64,000 nucleotides of DNA, taken from positions 101,122,001 to 101,186,000 of the forward strand of contig CM059435.1 in NCBI GenBank assembly GCA_030390025.1, given 5' to 3'. The notes beneath the pieces were generated by a model. That model was not told the DNA's origin. It ran no database searches and saw only the letters and a program-made list of their open reading frames with translations. The DNA is from Squalus acanthias (Eukaryota). Both the position numbers and the translations under genes were made by a program. This document shows positions 1-9,200 of this stretch, piece by piece (the stretch's first letter is position 1; each line of letters starts with the position of its first letter).

Positions 1-605
1 CTGACTAACCTGATTGAGTTCTTTGATGAAGTAACAGAGAGGGTTGATGAAGGTAGTGCAATAGGTGTAATATATGGACTTTCAAAAGGAATTTGATAAA
101 GTACTGCATAACAGACTTATTCGGAAAATAGAAGCACATGGTATTAAAGGGATGGTGGTAATTTGGGTACATAATTAGATAACAGATAGGAGGCAGAGAG
201 TAGTGGGGAACAGATGTTTCTCTGACTGGAGGGAAGTATGCAGTGGGGTCCCCCCAGGGATCGGTATTAGGATCATTGCTTTTCTTGTTATATATAAATG
301 ACCTGGACTTGGGTATAGGGAGTACAATTTCAAAGTTTGCAGATGATATAAAACTTGGCAATGTAGTAAAGAGTGAATCGGATAGTTGCACACTTCAGGA
401 GGACATAGACAGACTGGTGAAATGGGCAGACACATGGCAGATGCAATTTAATGCGGATAAGTGTGAAGCGATGTACTTTGGAAGAAACAACATGGAGAGG
501 CAGTATAATCTAAATGGTACCATTTTGAGGGGGGGGGGGGGTGCAAGAGCAAGGAGACCTGGGGATGCTTAATCACAAATCTTTGAAGGTGGCAGGACAA
601 GTTGA
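1..605 (+). mobile_element. CR1-type LINE ORF2 (reverse transcriptase) fragment, frameshifted
   Basis: Translations LTNLIEFFDEVT..., PQGSVLGSLLFLLYINDL, SKFADD, WQMQFNADKC are typical CR1 RT motifs. Confidence 0.92.
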
Positions 606-1234
606 CTTCAGCACTCATGAGTCACACAGTTCTGCGTCATGCAGTAGTTTATTTTCTATAATACCCTACTTCCTAAAGTGTAAGCTCTATTTGTTGCATG
701 AGTGGTAAAGTTACTTTCATTTTTCAAAAACATAGCATTACTTGCAATGATTACCTACAATGAGGATAAAACATTATCTGAGAACTGGCATCAGCACACT
801 AGAACTGATTCATTATTAAATTGCAATAGTGACTTAACAAATTCAGCATCATTTTTGTAGAATTAATAAAATCTCTTTGAAAATAGTATGAAATATCCTC
901 GACAAAACTTTGTAATAAATATGGAATTCTTATTTGTGACAGAACAATACTGAATTTAATTCATAAGCATGAAGGAGAAAGATATTTCCTTCCCAATAAA
1001 TTAAGGGTAATAATACTCATAGATGTGTTATATATATGCATGCACTGTAAGAAACATCACTCGCAATTCAAAACAGATAATGTTGTAGCTTTTAGTATTG
1101 TTTTCCAAAGATTTATTTTACGGAAGAACAATACAATAAAATTGTATAGAAAGACATACCTCTTTCCAAGAACTTCAAACCGTGGAGCTCCTTACCTCAC
1201 TCAATTTTTCCTTCTTTAACATCTACAAGCGTTT

Positions 1235-1340
1235 AATTTGTTCTCGGGTTGTGGGTGATACTGGCAAGGCTGCGTTCGATACCCTGTGATGGTGGTGATG
1301 GACCTTCTCCATGAACCACTGAAGCCTCTGTGGTGTTATT
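1235..1340 (-). mobile_element. Decayed LINE 3'-end fragment (same family as 47130 and 59175)
   Basis: tgtgggtgatactggcaaggc...ggtggtgatg resembles the cleaner copies at 47146-47230 and 59194-59280. Confidence 0.5.
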
Positions 1341-2850
1341 CCATCTGTCCTCATCAAGCACAACAACTATTGGTGTTCAACAAAAATGGACAGAAAATTA
1401 AACACACTGTTGTCCCTTCTCTCTGCACTCCCCCTAACTATATCACAGTGAAGCAATGGAGCCTTGAAACTGAATATGACTTGTATCTCATACAATGACC
1501 AACCCAATAATGTGATATAAATCATATCCTGTAGCATTTGATTGTGACTGTATTCATCATTACTTGTATGGTTCCTTGGTAGCTTGATTTAAATGAGATG
1601 AAAAGAGCATTAGCGAAGGATCGCACTCCCTAACAGTGAGGTTTATATTTACAATTTATGACCGGTTGTTACCCAATTAATACCCTGCTCGATGTCTGGA
1701 CAGAGCATTTAGCACTCAGTAACAGAGCGTTGACTGCCTGCTCGGTGATGGGCCGCCCCTTGGTGTTGCCCAATGGAATCTCTCAGGAACAGTTGGGTGT
1801 TTTTTCAGTCGTGACCGTTCATCAATGAAAAAACTGACACAGGCTCGCGAGCACCTGCCAGCGACAAGTGTGTGTCTGAGCCACCCACAACACCACAGCT
1901 CGCCCAAATCTAACTCCCTCTTTACGGCCTCCACCAGATCATTTGTATTTTCTTTGCAAAGTAGGACCAATAAATTGGAGAGTTGCTAAAATGAATGGTA
2001 ACTGATTTATTTCAAGTGCCCCGGGGCAACTCAATATGCAAATCGGAAATTATGCCTTAATATAAATAGTTTAATTGCATCATGACATACTAGTGAAAAA
2101 AGGAAGACGAACACAAAGTGCACAATCATATATGGAGAAAAATGGGTTTAACGTTGCAGTATAACAAACTGCTGAGTGATCTTATTTTCAAGTTCGTTTC
2201 AGTTTAAATCACAAACAAGGCCAGACAACAATTTAATTTTGACAGGTAAACCAGGATAAAACATTTTTTTTAGCGATGTGCCGCATCATAAAATTTGATT
2301 ACGATAACAATCAGATTTTATGAATTACAGCAGGTGCTCTGAAACTGCCTGTTTGTATTATGCGATTTCACTCATTTAGGAGTCTTGGTTAAAGAGTTAC
2401 TAAACATACCTGGATCCTCACTCTGCTCTGGGATCCTCCAACAGGTGTAAGGTCGCTTTAATGTTTAACACGTGCGTAACATTAAATCTAAAAATATGGC
2501 TGTACTGTATATCTCCAAATAATATTAACTAAATGCGAGTTAGGATAAATACATAAAGCTGAGCGGCAGGCATCGTTTTTTAATAATAATTTAACAAGCT
2601 AATAAGTAAGGCAGAAAATAACGGATTTTATTCAGAATTGAAACAACGGAGCGTTGAAAGGAAATCTTCAACAGAGAAGAGATTCTCTCCCGGAGGTAGA
2701 TGGAACATTTGGTTATCACAGAAGAAACCTGGTGTTTCTCGATCCCAGGAAACGTTGCGTTTCTAAAATAGAATCGCTGTAATAATGACAGCACCCAGAC
2801 AGCTCGGGAAGAGTTGATGCACTGCGACAGCTAAATGTTGGATAGAATTT

Positions 2851-2923
2851 CACCTGCTTCTATATATATGTATGTATGTATATATAGCACAGGGACTTGT
2901 CATCCAACTGTTTAAATGCCATC
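2851..2923 (+). promoter_or_regulatory. myf6 proximal promoter: E-box, TATA/MEF2-like AT tract, TTAAATGCCATC block
   Basis: CACCTG at 2851-2856, CTATATATAT at 2860-2869, second TATATATAG at 2879-2887, TTAAATGCCATC at 2912-2923, 90-160 bp upstream of the ATG. An E-box plus overlapping TATA/MEF2 site is the known MRF4 promoter layout. Confidence 0.65.
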
Positions 2924-3011
2924 CAGACCCCTCAGCAGCTTTTGATCCACTGTCTCTCACATACACACGCACATATTCGCAAACACATACATAAAACCTG
3001 CAGGATCGACA

Positions 3012-3536
3012 ATGATGGAGATGTTTGAAACCAACCCCTTTTATTACCATGATCAGCGATATCTGGTTAGTGAAAATATGGTTTTTCCACACTTGGATGG
3101 GGCTGGGGTGTCTCCACTCTACCCGGGAAGCGAGGACGGCCTGTCTCCAGTCGGAGACGCGAGCCAACCCGAACCGAGCTGTGACAGTGGCGGCGAGGAG
3201 CACGTGTACGCTCCGCCCGGCCTGAAGTCCCACTGCCCCGGCCAGTGCCTGATCTGGGCTTGTAAAGCGTGCAAGAGGAAATCGGCCACCACCGACAGGA
3301 GGAAGGCGGCTACTCTCAGGGAGAGGAGGAGGCTCAAAAAAATCAACGAGGCTTTCGAGGCGTTAAAACGGAGGACGGTGCCAAACCCGAACCAGAGGCT
3401 ACCCAAAGTGGAGATCCTCCGCAGTGCCATTCACTACATCGAGAAACTCCAGGATCTGCTGCACAGCCTCGACCAGCAAGAGAAAATGCAGGAGAACGTG
3501 GACCCGATCAACGGCTGCCACGGCTCCCGTTCAATG
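3012..3536 (+). CDS. myf6: Myogenic factor 6 (MRF4/herculin), exon 1: N-terminus, Cys/His region, bHLH
   Basis: [12 protein letters not shown]..., [76 protein letters not shown] are MYF6-diagnostic; donor ATG|GTAAGC at 3536/3537, phase 0. Confidence 0.97.
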
Positions 3537-3645
3537 GTAAGCGACACAGAGCCCTGTCCGTCACCGTCCGTGTACTGCAGCTGCTCATTTACACGGTGGA
3601 AGTTTCAGGGTCTCACTACCTAATACCTTCCACATTTCTTCACAG

Positions 3646-3742
3646 GTAACCACGGCAGATTGCTGGGGAACAAACACCTGTCCTTCTGAATGGGGGAATT
3701 TGTCTGATCATTCCAATATCCCAAATAAACTCCACAAAGAAG
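3646..3742 (+). CDS. myf6: myf6 exon 2 (VTTADCWGTNTCPSEWGNLSDHSNIPNKLHKE-G)
   Basis: Pyrimidine tract + CACAG acceptor at 3645; AAG|GTAAAT donor at 3742/3743; open in phase 0; W..xSDHS motif of MYF6 exon 2. Confidence 0.93.
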
Positions 3743-4149
3743 GTAAATACTCTTCTATCAATCGTTAAGTAATTCATCCATAGAAATTCAATTATATTTT
3801 CAATGAGGTTGCGCTCAATATAGATATAGCTCCCAGGAAACTACGAGAGAGCACATTGTCAATAATTAGCAAATTATAGAAACTTTCAAACATGTTTATT
3901 TGCCGTGAACATTTGATAAACATGTAATCAAGTTCTTGAGAAAAGTATCTCAACGAGGTTTTAATCTTGGGCTACAATCATAGTTTTGAGTCTTCCAGGC
4001 GGTTCGGTTTGCAAGCGATAGGACACTTATATTTATGTTGCGGCGGGGCCCCTTTGTATTTGGATGGCCCCGAGTTAATGAGTAGGAAGAGAGACTGTTC
4101 TGACAATCCTCACTAACTTCTTCCGTGTTGGCTGTTTTGTTTTAACCAG

Positions 4150-4265
4150 GAAATAGTTCGGAATCATCAGGCACCAGCAGCCTTCGTTACCTGACCTCAA
4201 TAGTCGACAGTATTTCAACGGACGAATCCACTACATTATATACCCAAGACTCAAATGCAAAGTAA
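4150..4265 (+). CDS. myf6: myf6 exon 3 coding part (helix III, SSLRYLTSIVDSIS; stop TAA)
   Basis: T-rich tract + CCAG acceptor at 4149; phase-1 join is open; 525+97+116=738 nt = 245 aa + stop. Confidence 0.94.
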
Positions 4266-4641
4266 TATGATTTATTACAAACGATAAGCTTGAACTAGAT
4301 TTATACAATAGTTATGGTGACGGTTCACCAGAACTGTACTTGCCTGCCCCGATAACTTTGTGCCGTGTTGTACCTAGACAATATACTTTAATACTGTTTG
4401 AAAGTGTCGATTTTTGGAAAAAAAATCATTCCCTTAAGTAGAAGGAAAAGGCCAAAAATGTTGTAACGATTTATTTGACCAAGATTAATTCTAGAGTAAA
4501 GGTTTGAATGACATTAAATAAGTTGTAAATATGTTTGTAAAAATTCCGCTTGCGTATATCCAGCAACAAGTTTCGTAATTTTATATGATATATTTTTGTT
4601 TGTTTTAAGCAATATGTATTTAGCATTTATTGTAAAAACGG

Positions 4642-4647
4642 AATAAA
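4642..4647 (+). terminator. Probable myf6 polyadenylation signal
   Basis: AATAAA after an AU-rich 3' UTR, followed by GT/T-rich sequence; alternative ATTAAA at 4513-4518. Confidence 0.6.
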
Positions 4648-6970
4648 AAATCTTTATTCGATGTTTTCACAATGTCTGGGCGCTGTGTTTTAGTAAGGTT
4701 GTGCGACGATTTACAGAGAGGTATAGAACGATAAAGACTCGCAAGTGTAATGTCAGTGTGGGGTTAGCTCTACTGTACGCTATCTATAACACACTCTCTG
4801 CAACCCCAGTACAGAGTTGCAAAGTGTAATAGTTGTGATACGGTTTCATATTTTCACAGCTAATAAATTTGGATAAATACAAATATTCAAAATTCTAGCT
4901 GCAAAATGGTCTAATTCTAGGACTGGAAGCAAGTAGCCTGTGTTTCGACTATTTCCGTAAAACGTTTGCTGTTCCTAATTTAGTTTACTGCATTGCCATC
5001 CACTGTCAACAGATTGTTAACATTTCCGATGCACCAGTGGCTTGAGGAACCCGAAAGTGGAAAGGTAAAACCAGAAAGGATCACATGCCGAATATATAAA
5101 CCGGCTTTAAACAGGGTAGTTGCAGACTTTACTGAAAAGGTTTGGCGAGTGGCGGTACTATATTATTTTATAATGTGTAAGACAACGCGTCTGTTTTGTT
5201 ATATACACATTATACTGATACTCCTAGATTAAAACATAGCAGGAGTCAAGACTTAATTCCCCCACTTCATTGCTCCAGCAATATCCCTGAACCCTAGTGT
5301 CAGAATTGTACAACCATCTTACAGCAGGCTGATATTTCCATTTCAGCAACCATCTCAGGGTGCATTCACACTGCAGGTACTGCAGTTCGGGTTCCAGCAT
5401 GGCAGAGCCGACTTTAGGTTGCCTGGCTCCTGTCTGGCTGGTACTGTACCAATCTTGACCAGAAGATATAGGCGTGGGCAGAGCTCTCTCCCAACAGTTA
5501 AAAACTCAGAAATCTAACTTAGAAAGCGGGGAGGGAGGAATCTTCACTCTCCAAACATTTAAATCAAGGTTAGTTGGATTTAGGGGGTGAGGGTACTTTG
5601 TCAACCAGATTTGACACCACAATGGATTTGCAGTGTGAAGCAAAGCTGTGTGATACCAGCCTACCAGGAAGTCTTACTCGCCTTTGCTCTGGATACACTG
5701 CCAGCTTAGCATGGTTGCTGAGCCAATATCGCTTCGCACCAACTTTAAACTTGCAGTGTAAATTCACTGTAATGGGCTTCTGTCTAGTAATGTCAACTAC
5801 TGGAAATTTCAACGGCAGTTTGTGCCATCCTCTGGTTTTCACTGGGATCTGGATTGAAAGGGCAGAAATTTCTGATGCCCACACTATTGGCAAAACCTGG
5901 CATGGAGGTTTATCAGCAAACCGTGGGTGCATTGCCTGTGATTTACTGTCCATTGATATCAATAAATAGAAAAACTTGAGCAAAGCACCTGTAATTTTCT
6001 GATGTCATTATCAGAAGCTGAACTGGAGCCCAAGCCCCAGGTGAATTCTTTAGAACACGAATCTCAAAAGTGTCTTGTAAATGTCACAATATCTGTCAGT
6101 TCTTCTGTTACAGCAAGTATGTATCAGCATTACAGTCAGGGTCCCTAGAATTCTGCGCCACACCAAAGCTAATTTATAGTACAGTTATATCTGCAAACAT
6201 GCACAATTTGAGCAATTACAATTTTCTTTAATGTCTGACATTTGGTTTCGAATACCATCCCCTGATTTGATTGACTACCTGAATAGTTGATATGCATTGA
6301 CATCCAATACCACATTTCATAGAATCATAAAATCTTACAGCCCAGAAGGAGGTCATTCGGCCCATCATGTCTGTGCTGGCTCTTTGAATGAGCTATCCAA
6401 TTAGTCGCACTCCCCTACTCTTTCCCCAGAGCCCTGCAAATTTTTCCCCTTCAAAGTATTTATCCAGTTCCCTTTTGAAAGTTATTATTGAATTTGCTTT
6501 CACCACCTTTTCTGGCAGTGCATTCCAGATCATAACAACTCGCTGCATAAAAAAAATTCTCCTCATGTCACTTCTGATTCTTCTGCCAATTACCTTAAAT
6601 CTGTGTCCTCTGGTTACCGACCCTTCTCTTTATTTACCCTATCAAAACCTTCATGATTTTGAACCTCTCTATCAAATCTTCTCTTAACCTTCCCTGCTGT
6701 AAGGAGAACAACCCCAGTTTCTCTAGTCTCTATGACATAGCTGAAATCCTTCATCCCTGGTACCATTCTAGTAAATCTCCTCTGCACCCTCTCTAAGGAA
6801 TTGACATCCTTCCTAAAGTGTGGTGCCCAGAATTAGCCACAATACTCCACCTGGAGGCTAACCAGTGTTTTATAAAGGTTTATGATGCGGAGATGCCGGT
6901 GTTGGACTGGGGTGGACAAAAGTGAGAAGTCGCACAACACCAGGTTATAGTCCAACAGTTTTATTTGAAA

Positions 6971-7008
6971 TCACAAGCTTTCGGAGCGGCTGCTCCTTCG
7001 TCAGGTGA
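6971..7008 (-). ncRNA. Minimal type I hammerhead ribozyme (A1 left arm)
   Basis: Reverse strand: UCAC CUGACGA A GGAGC-agcc-GCUCC GAAA GC UU GUGA. Confidence 0.8.
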
Positions 7009-7091
7009 AGTGAAGAAATACAAATGGGCACAGCATATATAATTGAGAGGTCGCACAACACCAGGTTATAGTCCAACAGTTTTATTTGAAA

Positions 7092-7129
7092 TCACAAGCT
7101 TTCGGAACTATCGCTCCTTCCTCAGGTGA
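7092..7129 (-). ncRNA. Minimal hammerhead ribozyme (A2 left arm)
   Basis: Reverse strand: UCAC CUGAGGA A GGAGC-gaua-GUUCC GAAA GC UU GUGA. Confidence 0.78.
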
Positions 7130-7795
7130 AGTAAATTGGATACAGAATCGTCAGAGCATATATAGATGGAAAAAAAAGCATGTGTACTTTACAATTGCAG
7201 ACCAATAAATTAAATCATCCTGACTATCTGCCGAGGTGTGATAAAGTTAATTAAGTCAGCCAGGAAGGTACCACATCAAAAGACATAGCAAGATACAACT
7301 GAGACAATGAGGTGAAGTCGCAGGGGTTCTAACGTGTCAAAAGCTGCCGTCTGTATGTAAAACGAAAAGCTTTAAAAAAAAAAAATTTACTTTTTTACTG
7401 GGAAAATTTTTACTTTTTTACTGGGAATCACATCTGTGAACAAGCTAACGACGACTCGAGTCCGGATCACGTCATGTATCGTGACATAAACCCAAGATCC
7501 CGATTGAGACCGTCTTCATGAGTGCAGAACTTGGCTATCAGTTTCTGCTCGATGATTTTGCGTTTTACATACAGACGGCAGCTTTTGACACGTTAGAACC
7601 CCTGCGACTTCACCTCATTGTCTCAGTTGTATCTTGCTATGTCTTTTGATGTGGTACCTTCCTGGCTGACTTAATTAACTTTATCACACCTCGGCAGATA
7701 GTCAGGATGATTTAATTTATTGGTCTGCAATTGTAAAGTACACATGCTTTTTTTTCCATCTATATATGCTCTGACGATTCTGTATCCAATTTACT

Positions 7796-7833
7796 TCACC
7801 TGAGGAAGGAGCGATAGTTCCGAAAGCTTGTGA
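7796..7833 (+). ncRNA. Minimal hammerhead ribozyme (A2 right arm)
   Basis: tcac ctgagga a ggagc gata gttcc gaaa gc tt gtga. Confidence 0.78.
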
Positions 7834-8158
7834 TTTCAAATAAAACTGTTGGACTATAACCTGGTGTTGTGCGACCTCTCAATTTTGTCCACCCCAGTCC
7901 AACACCGGCATCTCCGCATCACAGCATATATAGACAGAGATCAATGCCTGTGCAGAGAACAATGTCAGAAGACTACAGTTAATCTTTCTGACTGCCCTTT
8001 ATCACACCTCGGCAGAGAGATTTGATTGCCGTGATTGTCTCTCTGCCGAGGTGTGATAAAGGGCAGTCAGAAAGATTAACTGTAGTCGTCTGGCATTGTT
8101 CTCTGCACAGGCATTGATCTCTGTCTATATATGCTGTGCCCATTTGTATTTCTTCACT

Positions 8159-8196
8159 TCACCTGACGAAGGAGCAGCCGCTCTGAAAGCTTGTGA
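8159..8196 (+). ncRNA. Minimal hammerhead ribozyme (A1 right arm)
   Basis: tcac ctgacga a ggagc agcc gctct gaaa gc tt gtga (G-U wobble at base of stem II). Confidence 0.75.
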
Positions 8197-9017
8197 TTTC
8201 AAATAAAACTGTTGGACTATAACCTGGTGTTGTGCGACTTCTCACTTTTATAAAGGTTTAGCGTAACTTCCTTGCTTTTGTATTCTATGCCTCTATTTAT
8301 AAAGCCAAGGATCCTGTATGCCTTTTTAACAGCCTTCTCAACTTGTCCTGCCACCTTCAAAGACTTGTGACTTCACTCCCAGGTCTCTTTTTTCCTGCAC
8401 TCCCTTTAAAATTGTACCACTTAGTCTATAGTCCCTCTACTCATCCTTCCTACCAAAATGAATCACTTTGCACTTCTCTGCATTAAATTTCATCTGTCAT
8501 GTGTCTACCCATTTCACCAGCCTGCCTATGGCCTCCTGAAGTCTGTTACTATCCTCCTCTCTGTTTACTACATATCTGAGTTTCCTGTCATCTGTAAACT
8601 TTGAAATTTGCCCTGTATACCCAAGTCCAGGTCATGAATATATATCAAAAAGAGCAGTGGTCCCAACACTGACCCCTGGGGAACACCACTGTATACTTCC
8701 CTGTAGTCTGAAAAAACAACTGCTCACCACTACTCTCTGCTTTCTGCCCCTTAGCCAATATGTATCCAAGTAGCTACTGCCCCCTTAATCCCAAGGGCTT
8801 TAATTTTGCTAACAATATAACAATCTCTCAACTAAATTACTGAATTTACACATCAGTTGCGTGTTTTTTTGTCTGATGTGGAGTGCATACACTTTTCCCG
8901 CATGGGCACATCCATATACCTAAAGCTAGAGAACTTAGGAGCAGGTTGGCGAGATCCAATGCTTACTGATCCTCAAGTGTGTGTAGAGGCCTTGCCGGAG
9001 TTTAATCAACTAAAACA

Positions 9018-9200
9018 GCACAGCTCATCAGAAGGAGACCATTTGGCCCATCGTGCCTGTGCCAGCTCTTTGAAAGAGCCATCCAATTAGTCGCACTGCC
9101 CTGCTCTTTCCCCATAACCCTGCAAATGTTTCCACTTCAAAGTATTTATACAGTTCCCTTTTGAAAGTTATTATTGAATCTGCTTTCACCACCCTTGCAA
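9018..9200 (-). mobile_element. CR1 3'-end fragment
   Basis: Near copy of 6335-6515 (gagccatccaattagtcgcac...cccttttgaaagttattattgaat). Confidence 0.8.

Larger units (their letters stand above)
7042..7919. mobile_element. Palindromic PLE-derived element A2 (family 1) nested in A1, tail on right
   Basis: Arms about 7042-7364 and 7561-7884. The loop encodes, on the minus strand, KIIEQKLIAKFCTHEDGLNRDLGFMSRYMT* (GIY-YIG C-terminus). TSD cacagcatatata at 7029-7041 and 7920-7932. Confidence 0.9.
6883..8245. mobile_element. Palindromic PLE-derived element A1 (family 1, outer), tail on left
   Basis: Arms invert about the loop at 8021-8037; TSD ttttataaaggttta at 6868-6882 and 8246-8260 (the first Ts are ambiguous); interrupted by A2. 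Confidence 0.88.
6317..8814 (-). mobile_element. 5'-truncated CR1 LINE, interrupted by nested PLE palindromes at 6883-8245
   Basis: 3' tail (catagaatcat...ggtcattcggccc) at left; reverse translation gives [29 protein letters not shown]; host sequence is colinear across the insert. Confidence 0.92.

Noticed and set aside
2761-2773. MEF2 site ttctaaaatagaa upstream of myf6
   Set aside because: Only three A/T between CTA and TAG, one short of the consensus
3537-3623. ORF track extends myf6 to 3623 (203 aa)
   Set aside because: Read-through into intron 1; a canonical donor at 3537 and downstream exons give the conserved protein
5570-5983. Overlapping 131-137 aa ORFs on both strands
   Set aside because: Non-ATG starts, no recognisable domain or splice context
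6883-8245. Repeated gtcgcacaacaccaggttatagtccaacag units as CRISPR-like repeats or true DNA-transposon TIRs
   Set aside because: Eukaryotic locus with no spacer periodicity. Variable-length TSDs, asymmetric tails and GIY-YIG remnants indicate PLE retrotransposition.
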